A stretch of 64,000 bases of DNA. Origin: a virus. Under the pieces are notes generated by a model. The model saw nothing but the letters and a program-made list of their open reading frames with translations, was not told the DNA's origin and searched no databases. Position 1 is the first letter of the stretch. Each line of letters starts with the position of its first letter. The position numbers and the translations under genes are program-made. The stretch spans positions 1 through 64,000 of the IMG/VR virus record IMGVR_UViG_3300032282_005588. One strand, written 5' to 3'. Shown piece by piece: positions 1 through 11,463 of the stretch.

Positions 1-2
1 AA

Positions 3-1622
3 GTTATCGGAGGACAGAGTTACATAAAATATGCTAATAATACTATTATAAATAAATTTTTATATTACGATATATATGAACCTTTATCAAAGAAAAGCCA
101 AGCAACCCCATTTCCCTTAGAAGTAAAAAAACAAAACCAAAAAGGGAATACAAATTCTACATTATCTCAAGATGATATAAAATCAATAAGTGATTTATTT
201 CCTAAATCAATAATTAAATATAATTTTAAAGTTAAAGGAACAATTAATAGTTCTATTGATTATTCTCAATATTATATAAAATTAGGAGCTTTATTAAAAT
301 TTATTGAACTTAAATTATTATTATATTCTACTTTAAACGTCATCCAACAAGAAAAATTAAATAAAGCTATAGGATCTGGTATTAAAATTTCAAAAGATGG
401 AGACCCTAAAGATAGTGTATTTGCTAACCCATTATTTACATTTGATATAGATACAAAAAACACATATTGTTTAAGTTATAGTAGACAAAAATCTGCTGAT
501 CCTTTAGTTTGTATTATACCTTACAAAAATGATACATTAGAGATAGATTTTTTAAAAGAAGATAAAAACTTTAGAGTTAATGGTAATAATAATATAGGAA
601 AACCTTTAGAAATATATGTTAATATAAATCATATATCAAATTGTGTTCTTAATAATCTAGATAAAGATGGTGGGGTAAATTTATTATCATTCCTCAGAGC
701 TTTATTATCAGGAATAAATGATTCTTTAGGTAATATAAATAAATTAGATGCTATATATGATGATGAAATTAATAAAGTTAAAATCCAAGAAGAAAGTAAT
801 TTAGATATAAAAGAAGATCCAAAATCATCTTCAGATGAAGATTTTAGAATATATGGGGTTGGTAAAGGTAATTTAAAAGGTAGTTTTATCACAAATGTAG
901 ATTTCACAGTTACATTACCTCCAAATATGGCAGCAATGGCTACTATTAGTGCCCAATCTTCAGGAACAATAGTTGGAGAATCAGCTACAGCTTTAAGTAA
1001 TTTAAATGATGGATTAACAGATAGAATTATTCCCGAAAAATTAGATGTTCTAAGTATAACCGAATTAAAAAAAATTAGATTATCACTCCCCCAAGATATT
1101 ATTGAACAAATAAAAAATAACGATAAAAATTTATCAAATAATATTAAAAAATTTATTACTGCTAATAGAATTGATAAAGATAAAATTGATATTGATAACT
1201 TAATAGCTTTACTAAGATCTGATCCTGATATTATATTAGCCCAACAAATAGATGCTGTATTAAAATATACTAAAAACATATATGGAAAGTTTATAATAAC
1301 CCAAGAAAATATAGACACATTTAAAACAGCTAACAGGGATATAGCTTTACATACTATATCTTTAAATTCTATTAATATATCGGGCGTTAAACCATCTATC
1401 CCAGCCCCATTTTTTATTCCATTTAATTTAAGTTTAACTATGGATGGTCTAGCAGGTATGGTTAATTTTCAAAGATTTACTATAACAAAAGATATATTAC
1501 CATATCAATATAGGACAAATAAAATAGATTTTATCATTAAAGGAATTACCCACGATATTAAAGATAATTATTGGACAACACAAATAGAAAGTATATCAGT
1601 AGGAGCAAAAATTAATAAATAG
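3..1622 (+). CDS. C-terminal part of large virion protein, probably baseplate hub-like (5' end outside window)
   Basis: Frame of the 927..1622 ORF appears open back to the window start. C-terminus (IPFNLSLTMDGLAG...FIIKGITHDIKDNYWTTQIES) resembles myovirus hub proteins. Confidence 0.5.
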   Translation, partial: VIGGQSYIKYANNTIINKFLYYDIYEPLSKKSQATPFPLEVKKQNQKGNTNSTLSQDDIKSISDLFPKSIIKYNFKVKGTINSSIDYSQYYIKLGALLKFIELKLLLYSTLNVIQQEKLNKAIGSGIKISKDGDPKDSVFANPLFTFDIDTKNTYCLSYSRQKSADPLVCIIPYKNDTLEIDFLKEDKNFRVNGNNNIGKPLEIYVNINHISNCVLNNLDKDGGVNLLSFLRALLSGINDSLGNINKLDAIYDDEINKVKIQEESNLDIKEDPKSSSDEDFRIYGVGKGNLKGSFITNVDFTVTLPPNMAAMATISAQSSGTIVGESATALSNLNDGLTDRIIPEKLDVLSITELKKIRLSLPQDIIEQIKNNDKNLSNNIKKFITANRIDKDKIDIDNLIALLRSDPDIILAQQIDAVLKYTKNIYGKFIITQENIDTFKTANRDIALHTISLNSINISGVKPSIPAPFFIPFNLSLTMDGLAGMVNFQRFTITKDILPYQYRTNKIDFIIKGITHDIKDNYWTTQIESISVGAKINK

Positions 1623-1630
1623 GAAAAATA

Positions 1631-2473
1631 ATGGCATATATACCTAAAAATAGAATAAAAACAGGTTTAGTAAGTAATGGTGAATATATAATAGCTGTTA
1701 CTGGTAAAACTTATTATGGGTACTATCATGCATTATATAATGGGAGATTTTATACAGGAAAAACGCAATACGATTTCCCTATATTAGAATTAACTAAACC
1801 AGGAAACTCAACATCCGATATTTTAACTACTAAAAATGTTAATGAAACATTATCTATTCCTGTTAATTCCAATCAATACTCTTATGTTGTTTATAATGCA
1901 TTAAGTATAGATGAACCATTACCCAAGATATTACCTAATTTATATATACCTATAGCTACAGATGATGATATTGAAGTTGGAGAATTTACTAGATATTTTG
2001 TTAAAAAAGTAAATGAAAATATTTATGTTGAAATAAATAAAGAACAATACAATAATTTTCAATCACAAAACCCAGAATATTTTTGGGAAATATATAATAC
2101 CATTTCAATTCCATGGAACATAACCGGGGAAGTAGAACAAACGTATAATACAAATAAAAATATGATTGAATTATGGGAAAAGAATAATAATCAATTAGGG
2201 TTGGGAGCTTATTTACAATATAATTATTTAGAATTTTACCAATATATTCCCCAAGAAAACCTATCTACCCCAGGAAACGAATTAGTTACTTTAACAGGAA
2301 AAGATTATATAGGAGATTATCATATTAATCAAATATTAGGACCAATGGAAGGTAAAATCCATAGTGATAAATCCCATAAACGATTATTTTATAAAAAATT
2401 TCAAAGACAAGATAAACAAATTAAAACAACGTTTGGTTTAAAAACTCCAAACGATGTTATAGTAGGATTTTAA
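1631..2473 (+). CDS. hypothetical virion-associated protein
   Basis: 280 aa ORF with a repeated Y-x-G-x-Y-H motif near both ends; follows the structural gene. Confidence 0.5.
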   Translation: MAYIPKNRIKTGLVSNGEYIIAVTGKTYYGYYHALYNGRFYTGKTQYDFPILELTKPGNSTSDILTTKNVNETLSIPVNSNQYSYVVYNALSIDEPLPKILPNLYIPIATDDDIEVGEFTRYFVKKVNENIYVEINKEQYNNFQSQNPEYFWEIYNTISIPWNITGEVEQTYNTNKNMIELWEKNNNQLGLGAYLQYNYLEFYQYIPQENLSTPGNELVTLTGKDYIGDYHINQILGPMEGKIHSDKSHKRLFYKKFQRQDKQIKTTFGLKTPNDVIVGF

Positions 2474-2480
2474 TATTAAT

Positions 2481-2509
2481 TTGGTTTTTTAAAAAATAAA
2501 TAGTATATT
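2481..2509 (+). promoter_or_regulatory. putative early/host-sigma promoter TTGG-N19-TATATT
   Basis: Same motif with an exact 19-nt spacer also at 12490, 13129, 19289, 23047, 25865, 50061, 54730, 57356, 57899, 59691 (TTGA variant at 59322), always just upstream of a gene start. Confidence 0.75.
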
Positions 2510-2530
2510 GTATGAAAAAGGTTATAACAA

Positions 2531-3793
2531 ATGTTTTGGATTATAGAAACAAAAGAACAATTAGAAGAACTAATTAATAAAAATTATAAAAAAGCTTTTG
2601 CAGAAGTAGTTCCTTTTAATTATAATTTCCACCCATCAATAAATGATATATCATTGGTTTATTTTAAACCACTGGATGATAAAGCATATATGATATGTGT
2701 TAATCATAGTGAAACTTTATCTGTTGGAAAAACACAATTAAAAAAACTACTTAATCAAGTAGATGAATTATATGTGAGAGATAAGAAAACGTTTTTATAC
2801 CATTTTTTAATCAACAGAAGTCATGATGTATTATATCAATATACATATAATCCTACATTTACTAAAACCCATGATTATTTTTATAACAAATATCCCATCA
2901 AAACAGATATAAATCGAATTATACCTTTAGTTAAACATTTTGAATATTGTGATAATATTTATAATTGTGTTAAGGATAAATGTTTTCCCAACAATAAATT
3001 CTTTAATAATAAATTAATTCCTGTGTTTTATATGATAGAATCATCAGGGATTAAAATAGATAAGGAAGAATTTAATAAACATTTTGAACTAATAAACCCC
3101 GAATATTCAATACAAGATGATACTATATATACTCAATATAATTTATACACTACTACCAGTAGACCATCTAATAGGTTTAATGTACTTAATTTCGCAGCTT
3201 TAAATAAAGAAAATAATTGTAGGAAATCATTTATCCCAAATAATGATTATTTTTTAGAAATAGATATTTCTTCATATCACCCTACATTATTATCCAAACT
3301 TATAAATTATAAATTTGATAAACCTATATATGAGACCTTTGCTGATTATGCTAAGGTAAATATATCAGAAGCCAAAGAATTAATGTTTAAACAATTATAT
3401 GGAAATATATATAAGAAATATGAGGATTGGGACTTTTTTATACAAGTAAAGAAATATATAAACCAAATTTGGGAGGAATTCAATAATATAGGGTATATAA
3501 CCACTCCAATTTCAGGATATCAATTTAAAAGAGATGAACTAAAGGATATGAATCCTCAAAAATTATTAAATTATTTACTCCAATCCTATGAAACTTCTTT
3601 AAATGTAAATATAATTTGGGATGTTTTAAAATTATTAAGGGGTAAAAATACTAAAATAGTATTATATACGTACGATGCAATATTACTAAACATAGATAAA
3701 TCAGAAGAAGATTTAATAAATAGTATTAAAAAAATATTTGAAAACTACAACCTCAATATAAAAATAAATAAAGGTTATAATTATGCATTTTAG
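2531..3793 (+). CDS. compact family A DNA polymerase-like protein
   Basis: TTTSRPS, motif A (LEIDISSYHP), motif B-like (AKELMFKQLYG), motif C (LYTYDAILL). Confidence 0.75.
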   Translation: MFWIIETKEQLEELINKNYKKAFAEVVPFNYNFHPSINDISLVYFKPLDDKAYMICVNHSETLSVGKTQLKKLLNQVDELYVRDKKTFLYHFLINRSHDVLYQYTYNPTFTKTHDYFYNKYPIKTDINRIIPLVKHFEYCDNIYNCVKDKCFPNNKFFNNKLIPVFYMIESSGIKIDKEEFNKHFELINPEYSIQDDTIYTQYNLYTTTSRPSNRFNVLNFAALNKENNCRKSFIPNNDYFLEIDISSYHPTLLSKLINYKFDKPIYETFADYAKVNISEAKELMFKQLYGNIYKKYEDWDFFIQVKKYINQIWEEFNNIGYITTPISGYQFKRDELKDMNPQKLLNYLLQSYETSLNVNIIWDVLKLLRGKNTKIVLYTYDAILLNIDKSEEDLINSIKKIFENYNLNIKINKGYNYAF

Positions 3794-4235
3794 TAAAAAA
3801 TCAGATATGTATCATAGATACGATATAAATATTTTAGATACACAAAACTTGGATAATAAATTATTTTGTACTTTTGTAAAAAAGAATGATTTAGATTCTT
3901 TATTAGAAGAAATAACTTCTAGTTATGATATAATGTATAATAAAATTTTTATTCTTTATATTAATAATAATGATGAATATGCTTGTACATATAATATAGA
4001 AAATAATGATATAAATCATATACTTGATGGCACTATTTTAGTACATAGAAAAAAAGAAACAAATACTCTATATACAATAAATTCACTTAATGAGATAATA
4101 AAATATTTTAATAATGGAATAGTAGATTCTAATTTTATTATAAATTGGATGAATTATAAAAATAGTATTTTATTAACTCAAAACAATGCCTTTAAACAAT
4201 TAAAAACAAAATTATATAAAATAGTAGAATTATAA
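3783..4235 (+). CDS. conserved phage hypothetical protein
   Basis: 150 aa ORF, KLFCTF and HRKKETNTLYTIN motifs; start uncertain. Confidence 0.6.
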   Translation: MHFSKKSDMYHRYDINILDTQNLDNKLFCTFVKKNDLDSLLEEITSSYDIMYNKIFILYINNNDEYACTYNIENNDINHILDGTILVHRKKETNTLYTINSLNEIIKYFNNGIVDSNFIINWMNYKNSILLTQNNAFKQLKTKLYKIVEL

Positions 4236-4367
4236 TATTTATAATAAAGTAGCTCATATACTAAATCAAACTGTCATATAGTAGACATCATAAGCTTTAA
4301 AAGCAATTTTTAGTCTCAAGAAAAATACAGTATATTAAATAAGTAACAATATAAACTTTAAATAAAA

Positions 4368-5222
4368 ATGGATTTAAAATCTATCAAAACCAAATTAAGT
4401 GCCTTACAGTCTACAGGCCAGAAAAAAGAAAAAATAGACTATTCTAAATATTTATGGAAACCAAAACAAGAAGGAAAATACCAAATTAGATTTGTTCCTT
4501 CTAAATTGGATAAAGATAATCCATTTCAAGAAATATTTATCCACTATGGATATTCAAAATTCCCAATTTATGCTTTAACAAACTGGAATGAAAAAGATCC
4601 AATTGTTGAATTTACTAAACAATTACGTAATACTAATGATAGTGAAAATTGGAAAACAGCGAAAAAATTAGACCCTAAAATGAGAGTATTTGCCCCTGTA
4701 ATTGTTAGAGGTGAAGAAGAAAAAGGTGTTCGTTTGTGGGAATTTGGTAAAGAAATTTATATGCAATTATTAGGTTTAGCAGAAGATGAAGATTATGGAG
4801 ATTACACTGATATAAATGAGGGACGTGATTTTACAATAGAAGCTCATATTGGTGATGTTGGTGGACGTCAAGGTTTAAAATGTGCTATTAGAGTAAAACC
4901 TAAAGTTACAGCATTAAGTAATGATGCTAAACAAGTTGAATTATGGTTAGAAGAACAACCAGATCTTTTATCAATCCAGAAAAAATATGAATTCCAAGAA
5001 CTAAAACAAATCCTCCAAAATTGGTTAAACCCAGAAGAAGCTGATGAAGTTGTAGTAGATGATGAAGAAGAGATTGAAGAAGTTGTTAAGGAAGAAAAAC
5101 CAACCAAAAATTATTCTTTAAAATCAAATAATAAAAAAGTATCAACAGCCGACAAATTTGATGCTTTATTTGATGAAGATGAAGATGGTGAAGAAGATGA
5201 AGATAGAGACTTACCTTTCTAA
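4368..5222 (+). CDS. single-stranded DNA-binding protein, T4 gp32-like
   Basis: WKP..GKYQIRFVP, GVRLWEFGK, GRDF motifs; acidic tail ending DLPF. Confidence 0.8.
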   Translation: MDLKSIKTKLSALQSTGQKKEKIDYSKYLWKPKQEGKYQIRFVPSKLDKDNPFQEIFIHYGYSKFPIYALTNWNEKDPIVEFTKQLRNTNDSENWKTAKKLDPKMRVFAPVIVRGEEEKGVRLWEFGKEIYMQLLGLAEDEDYGDYTDINEGRDFTIEAHIGDVGGRQGLKCAIRVKPKVTALSNDAKQVELWLEEQPDLLSIQKKYEFQELKQILQNWLNPEEADEVVVDDEEEIEEVVKEEKPTKNYSLKSNNKKVSTADKFDALFDEDEDGEEDEDRDLPF

Positions 5223-5247
5223 TTAACATATTAATTTATTTAACCAT

Positions 5248-6339
5248 ATGACAAAGGAAAAATCAAAAGTTTCTTTAACGGAAGCTATATCCAATGAAAT
5301 TAAAAAGAATTTCGATTTGGAAAAATTTAAAGAAAAGAAGTTATTAAATAATAGTGTTAATTTTAAAGAACAAAAATGGATTCCATTTTCTAAATCTTTA
5401 CAAAAAGCACTCTCTATTCCTGGTATTCCTATGGGTCATATTACTATAGTTAGGGGTGGCTCAGACACTGGAAAAACAACTTTGCTTATTGAATCAGCAA
5501 TTGAAGCTCAAAAAATGGGTGTTTTACCTGTTTTTATTATTACTGAGATGAAATGGGATTTTTCTCATGCTAAAAATATGGGTTTTGAAATCGAAGAAAC
5601 AAAATCCATGGATGGAGGAGATATTATTAAATATAAAGGATTTTTTCTCTATGTAGATAGAAGTACTCTTAATACTATAGAAGATGTTTCTGAATTTATA
5701 GTTGATATGCTCCATGAACAGCATAAAGACAATATTCCTTACGATTTATTATTTGTGTGGGATTCTTCAGGTTCAATTCCTTGTAGAATGAGCGTTGAAA
5801 AAAATTCAAATAATCCACAATGGAATGCTGGTGCTATGGCTGCTCAATTTGGAAATTTTGTTAATCAAAAATTCCCATTATCTAGAAAAGAAAATTCTAA
5901 ATATACAAATACTTTTTTAGTTATCAATAAAACCGGAGTTCAACCACCAGAAACTCCTATGAGTCAACCAAGAATGACTAATAAAGGAGGAAATACTATG
6001 TATTGGGATGCATCTTTAGTAATAACTTTTGGAAACGTTACAAATAGTGGAACATCAAAAATAAAAGCTGTTAGAGATAAGAAAAATGTGGAATTTGCTA
6101 AAAGAACAAAAGTAGCAATTGATAAAATCCATTTAAAAGATGGTGTAGCAACTAGATCTACAGTTATAGTAACACCTCATGGATTTATTGAAGATACAGA
6201 TAAAGCAGTTAATGACTATAAAAAACAATATTCTCATGAGTGGTTTCCTAATTCAACAGGAACTATAGAAATAATTGAAGATAAAAGTGAATGGGAAGAG
6301 AATAGAAGTACTTCTTTAATAGACATTTCAGAAGATTAA
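5248..6339 (+). CDS. RecA/UvsX-like recombinase
   Basis: GIPMGHIT, Walker A GGSDTGKT, Walker B VWDS, KGG motif. Confidence 0.85.
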   Translation: MTKEKSKVSLTEAISNEIKKNFDLEKFKEKKLLNNSVNFKEQKWIPFSKSLQKALSIPGIPMGHITIVRGGSDTGKTTLLIESAIEAQKMGVLPVFIITEMKWDFSHAKNMGFEIEETKSMDGGDIIKYKGFFLYVDRSTLNTIEDVSEFIVDMLHEQHKDNIPYDLLFVWDSSGSIPCRMSVEKNSNNPQWNAGAMAAQFGNFVNQKFPLSRKENSKYTNTFLVINKTGVQPPETPMSQPRMTNKGGNTMYWDASLVITFGNVTNSGTSKIKAVRDKKNVEFAKRTKVAIDKIHLKDGVATRSTVIVTPHGFIEDTDKAVNDYKKQYSHEWFPNSTGTIEIIEDKSEWEENRSTSLIDISED

Positions 6340-6424
6340 TATTCATATATAATATAAAATAAATTTTTTATCTTTATAGATATTATAAAGTCTTTTAATT
6401 ATATTATATGTAAAACTAAATAAA

Positions 6425-7471
6425 ATGACTAAAACTAAAGGAGATATATTTAAACTTCTTGATAATATTAAAAAGGAAGATGATAATAACCCAACATTTG
6501 GGAAATATGATAAAGTACTCTTAATTGATGGATTAAATTTATTTATGCGAAATTTTGCTATGATAAATTTTATAAATGAAAACGGAGTACATACTGGTGG
6601 ATTAGGTGGATTTTTAAGATCATTAGGTTCATTAATAAATCTAATAAAACCAACATCAGTATATATTGTATTTGATGGGATAGGATCATCCATCAATAGA
6701 AAAAATATCCATCCAGAATATAAATCAGGGAGAAATATAACTCGAATGACTAATTTTAGTGTATTTGAAAATTTAGATGAAGAAAATGATTCTAAAATCG
6801 ATCAAATTGTTAGATTAATACACTACTTAAAATGTTTACCTGTTAAAACAATATCATTAGATAAAGTAGAAGCAGATGATATAATAGCTTATTTAAGTAG
6901 TGTTTTTTCTAATGAACATAATTCCAAAGTATATATAGTATCAGCAGATCAAGATTTTACTCAATTAGTTAATGATAAAATTACTTTATATAAACCAGTT
7001 AAAAAAGAATTTATTACCCCGAATAAAGTAAAAGAAGAATATGGGGTATTAGTTGAAAATTTTATATTATATAAAACGTTATTAGGAGATAATTCTGATA
7101 AAATAGAAGGAATTAAAGGGTTAGGGAAAAAAGGTTTAACTAAAAAATTCCCTGAGTTGATGGACTCTCCAATATCATTAGATGATTTATATAAAATATG
7201 TGAACAAAAATATAAAGAACATATTGTATATTCTAGAGTATTATATGATTTCAAACGATTAGAAATGAACTATAAGATAATGGACTTAAAAAATCCTTTG
7301 GTTGATGATAAAGAAAAAAATATATTACGTGAGTTAATAAAATCCCCATTAAATGATTCTAAACCAGATGATTTTATGAAGTTATATGGTGAAGATGGAT
7401 TAAATAATACAATAAAAAACCCAACATATTGGTTAAAAGAAACATTTGGTTTCTTAAATAGTTTTAAATAA
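6425..7471 (+). CDS. 5'-3' exonuclease / RNase H (FEN-like)
   Basis: LLIDGLN, VFDG, EYKSGR, EADD, SADQD, GDNSDKIEGIKGLG. Confidence 0.9.
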   Translation: MTKTKGDIFKLLDNIKKEDDNNPTFGKYDKVLLIDGLNLFMRNFAMINFINENGVHTGGLGGFLRSLGSLINLIKPTSVYIVFDGIGSSINRKNIHPEYKSGRNITRMTNFSVFENLDEENDSKIDQIVRLIHYLKCLPVKTISLDKVEADDIIAYLSSVFSNEHNSKVYIVSADQDFTQLVNDKITLYKPVKKEFITPNKVKEEYGVLVENFILYKTLLGDNSDKIEGIKGLGKKGLTKKFPELMDSPISLDDLYKICEQKYKEHIVYSRVLYDFKRLEMNYKIMDLKNPLVDDKEKNILRELIKSPLNDSKPDDFMKLYGEDGLNNTIKNPTYWLKETFGFLNSFK

Positions 7472-7480
7472 ATAAAGTTT

Positions 7481-8848
7481 ATGTCAACAATATTAAATTC
7501 ATTAGCGGCTTATGGCCCAAAATTCCAAACCAAAGTACTATCAGCATTATTAACAGATAAAGAATTTTTAATTAATATTCATGATACTTTAAATGATGAA
7601 GATTTTGATTCTCAATCCTCAAAATGGATTGTAAAAGAAATTTTAAAACATTATTCTAAATACCATTGTAATATATCAATGGATACTCTTAAAATAGAAT
7701 TAAAAAAATTAGATAATGAAGTATTACAAATATCAGTTAAAGAACAACTACGTGAAGCATATAAATTAATAGAAGAAGATTTAGAATACGTTAAAATTGA
7801 ATTTGGTGACTTTTGTAAGAATCAACAACTAAAAACAGCGCTTTTAAATAGTGTAGAATTATTAAATGCAGGAGATTATGATTCTATAAGAATTTTAATT
7901 GATAACGCCCTTAAAGTAGGTCAAGACAAAAATATAGGTCATGAGTATGATAAAGATATTGAATCAAGATATAGAGAAGATAATAGAAAACCAATATCTA
8001 CTCCATGGGATCAATTTAACGTTTTATTTCAGGGAGGATTAGGTAGTGGAGATTTTGGATTAATATTTGGTAATCCTGGAGGTGGGAAATCATGGTGTTT
8101 AATAGCATTAGGAGCTGAAGCCGTTAAATTAGGATATAATGTAATCCATTATACTCTTGAGTTAAGTGAAGATTATGTAGGTAAAAGATATGATGCCTGC
8201 TTCACACAAATCCCAGTTAATGAAATAACAAATCATAAATCTAAAGTAGAACAAACAATTAATAATTTACCAGGAAAATTGATTATTAAAGAATTTCCAA
8301 CAGGTAGAGCAACAATGACAACAATTGAGTCTCATGTTAAAAAATGTATTAATATGGGAACTAAACCAGATCTTATTATTATTGATTATGTTGACTTGTT
8401 AAGATCTAAACGAAAATCAATTGATAAAAAAGAAGAAATAGATGATATATATGTAGCTACAAAGGGCTTAGCTAAGTATTTAAAATTACCTATATGGTCT
8501 GTTTCCCAAGTAAATAGAACAGGAGCTAAAGATAACGTTATTGAAGGAACATCAGCAGCAGGAAGTTATGATAAAGTTATGATTTCAGATATTGCACTTT
8601 CTTTAAGTAGAAAAAAAGAAGATAAAATTAATGGAACTGGAAGATTTCATATAATGAAAAATAGATATGGAAGTGATGGAATGACTTATGAAGCCATTAT
8701 TGACACATCTACCGGGGATTTTAATATAACAAAATTATATGATGAAGATGAAGAAATCATACCTCCAACACAATCCAATAATAATATAAATAACCTTGAA
8801 AGAAAGCAACTAGCTAATAAATTTTTCGAATTAAGTTACAAAATCTAA
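7481..8848 (+). CDS. replicative helicase (DnaB/T4 gp41-like)
   Basis: GNPGGGKS, TLEL, IIIDYVDLL, SQVNR, KNRYG. Confidence 0.9.
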   Translation: MSTILNSLAAYGPKFQTKVLSALLTDKEFLINIHDTLNDEDFDSQSSKWIVKEILKHYSKYHCNISMDTLKIELKKLDNEVLQISVKEQLREAYKLIEEDLEYVKIEFGDFCKNQQLKTALLNSVELLNAGDYDSIRILIDNALKVGQDKNIGHEYDKDIESRYREDNRKPISTPWDQFNVLFQGGLGSGDFGLIFGNPGGGKSWCLIALGAEAVKLGYNVIHYTLELSEDYVGKRYDACFTQIPVNEITNHKSKVEQTINNLPGKLIIKEFPTGRATMTTIESHVKKCINMGTKPDLIIIDYVDLLRSKRKSIDKKEEIDDIYVATKGLAKYLKLPIWSVSQVNRTGAKDNVIEGTSAAGSYDKVMISDIALSLSRKKEDKINGTGRFHIMKNRYGSDGMTYEAIIDTSTGDFNITKLYDEDEEIIPPTQSNNNINNLERKQLANKFFELSYKI

Positions 8849-8885
8849 TATATTTATTAAAAAATAAATTTATATAAAAAAATCT

Positions 8886-10745
8886 ATGAATACAGAATCA
8901 CAAATTCTCTCAGAAATCACTACTCATTTAAAATACTCTAAATACCTTCCAGAAAAACAAAGACGTGAAACTTGGGAAGAACTTGTTAGTCGTAATAAAG
9001 AAATGCATATTAAAAAATTTCCATCATTAGAAGAGGAAATTGAACAAGTATATAAATATGTATATGATAAAAAAATATTACCATCAATGAGATCTCTTCA
9101 ATTTGGAGGTAAACCTATTGAAATCAATAATGCTAGAATATTTAATTGTTGTTACCTACCTATAGAAGATTATAGAGGGTTTTCTGAGATTATGTTTTTA
9201 TTACTATCAGGATGTGGAGTAGGATATTCAGTTCAACAACATCATGTTGAAAAACTTCCAGAAATAAGGAAACCTATTAAATCTAAAAGATATTTAGTTG
9301 GTGATTCAATTGAAGGGTGGGCAGATGCTGTTAGAATGTTAACCAAAGCTTATTTTGGACATACTAGTACTTTCCCATTGTTTGATTTTAGAGATATTCG
9401 TCCCAAAGGATCTCAATTAATAACAGTAGGAGGTAAAGCCCCTGGACCTGAACCTCTTAAAATAGCATTAGTTCATATACAAGCTATATTTGATCGTAAA
9501 AAAGATGGAGAAAAATTAACTTCATTAGAATGTCATGATATTATTTGTCATATGGCTGATGCTGTATTATCTGGTGGTATTAGAAGAGCAGCACTTATAT
9601 CTTTATTTAATCTAGATGATGAAGATATGCTAACTTGTAAATTTGGAAATTGGTGGGAAACAAATCCTCAAAGAGGAAGAGCCAACAACTCAGCTGTACT
9701 TGTTAATAATAAAATAGATAAAGAAACATTTTTTGAACTATGGAAAAAAATAGAATTAAGTAATAGTGGTGAGCCTGGATTTTTATTTACTAATGATAAA
9801 GATCTAGGTACTAATCCATGTGCTGAAATATCATTAAAATCAACACAATTTTGCAATCTTTGTGAAATAAATGCTTCGGATATTGAATCACAAGAAGAAT
9901 TCAATAATAGATCAAAAGCAGCAGCATTTATAGGTACACTTCAAGCATCATATACTGATTTTCATTACTTAAGAGATTCTTGGAAAAAAACAACAGAAAA
10001 AGAATCATTATTAGGTATAGGAATGACAGGTATAGCTTCTGGGAATGTATTAAAATTAAATATGAAAGAAGCAGCTAAGATTGCTGTTAATGAAAACGAA
10101 AGAATAGCTAAAACCATTGGTATTAATAAAGCTGCTAGAGTAACAACAGTAAAACCCTCAGGAACTACATCATTAGTTCTAGGAACATCAAGTGGCATTC
10201 ATGCCTGGCATGATGATTATTATTTGAGAAGAATTAGAGTTGGAAAAAATGAAGCATTATACACTTATCTATTGATCAATCATCCAGAATTAATTGAAGA
10301 TGATATATTTAAACCACATCTACAAGCTATAATTTCTGTTCCACAACAATCCCCTGAAGGTTCTATAACTCGTAAAGAATCAGCTTTAGATTTATTAGAA
10401 AGAATAAAAAGAATAAATCAAGAATGGATTACACCAGGACATAGAAAAGGAAACAACAAACACAATGTATCAGCCACTGTAACTATTAAAAATGGGGAGT
10501 GGGAAAATATTGGTGAATGGTTATATAATAATAAAGAATATTTCACAGCTTTATCTTTCCTTCCTGAAGACTTAGGAAGTTATGTTCAAACTCCATTCGA
10601 AACAATTACAAAAGAAGAATATGAAACAGCAATTAAATCATTACATAATGTAGATTTATCTAAAGTAGTAGAAGTGGATGATAACACAGCATTAATGGAA
10701 CAAGCAGCTTGTGCTGGAGGTGGTGGGTCTTGTGAAATAATATAA
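8886..10745 (+). CDS. nrdJ: ribonucleotide reductase, probably class II (B12-dependent)
   Basis: PSMRSLQ, NC, GGIRRAALI, TNPCAEI, FCNL, VKPSGT; C-terminal Cys pair ACAGGGGSCEI; no small subunit in window. Confidence 0.8.
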   Translation: MNTESQILSEITTHLKYSKYLPEKQRRETWEELVSRNKEMHIKKFPSLEEEIEQVYKYVYDKKILPSMRSLQFGGKPIEINNARIFNCCYLPIEDYRGFSEIMFLLLSGCGVGYSVQQHHVEKLPEIRKPIKSKRYLVGDSIEGWADAVRMLTKAYFGHTSTFPLFDFRDIRPKGSQLITVGGKAPGPEPLKIALVHIQAIFDRKKDGEKLTSLECHDIICHMADAVLSGGIRRAALISLFNLDDEDMLTCKFGNWWETNPQRGRANNSAVLVNNKIDKETFFELWKKIELSNSGEPGFLFTNDKDLGTNPCAEISLKSTQFCNLCEINASDIESQEEFNNRSKAAAFIGTLQASYTDFHYLRDSWKKTTEKESLLGIGMTGIASGNVLKLNMKEAAKIAVNENERIAKTIGINKAARVTTVKPSGTTSLVLGTSSGIHAWHDDYYLRRIRVGKNEALYTYLLINHPELIEDDIFKPHLQAIISVPQQSPEGSITRKESALDLLERIKRINQEWITPGHRKGNNKHNVSATVTIKNGEWENIGEWLYNNKEYFTALSFLPEDLGSYVQTPFETITKEEYETAIKSLHNVDLSKVVEVDDNTALMEQAACAGGGGSCEII

Positions 10746-10776
10746 TATTATAACTAATAAAAAACATTTATATAAA

Positions 10777-11460
10777 ATGGAAATCCAAGAAAAAAAACTA
10801 AATAGTGAAAAACGGAAACCAAAAAATCCAATATCATTTAATCTTCAACTTAACACAGAACAAAAGCAAGCTAAATCAGATATATTAAACAACACCGTTA
10901 CATTATTGAAAGGTCAAGCGGGTAGTGGAAAAACTTTATTAGCATGTCAAGTTGCTTTAGATCTATTTTTTACAAGACAAGTTGAAAAAATTATCATAAC
11001 CCGTCCTGTTGTAGCAGCGGCTGATGATATAGGTTATTTACCTGGTTCTATGAAAGAAAAAATGGACCCATGGTTAGCACCTATATATGCTAATTTATAT
11101 ATGTTATATAACAAAGAAACAATTGATAAAATGGTAGAAAGACAAGATATTGAAATATTACCATTTACTTTTGTTCGAGGAAGAACATTTGTAAATTCTA
11201 TTGTTATTGTTGATGAGTGTCAAAATGTCAATCACACACAAACAGAAATGATTGTAGGACGTTTAGGTTTAAATTCAAAAATGATTTTTTGTGGAGATAC
11301 AAGTCAGATAGATCTAAAAAGTAAAAAAGAATCAGGTATTGATTTTTTTAAAACATTAGAATCAAGGGTTGATGGTGTTAAAGTAATTGTTTTGAAACAA
11401 AATCATAGACATCCAATTGTACCTCAAATATTAGATATATATAGAGAATATAGTGCTTAA
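10777..11460 (+). CDS. phoH: PhoH-family ATPase
   Basis: GQAGSGKT, IGYLPG, RGRTF, DECQN, GDTSQID, HRHP. Confidence 0.9.
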   Translation: MEIQEKKLNSEKRKPKNPISFNLQLNTEQKQAKSDILNNTVTLLKGQAGSGKTLLACQVALDLFFTRQVEKIIITRPVVAAADDIGYLPGSMKEKMDPWLAPIYANLYMLYNKETIDKMVERQDIEILPFTFVRGRTFVNSIVIVDECQNVNHTQTEMIVGRLGLNSKMIFCGDTSQIDLKSKKESGIDFFKTLESRVDGVKVIVLKQNHRHPIVPQILDIYREYSA

Positions 11461-11463
11461 AAA

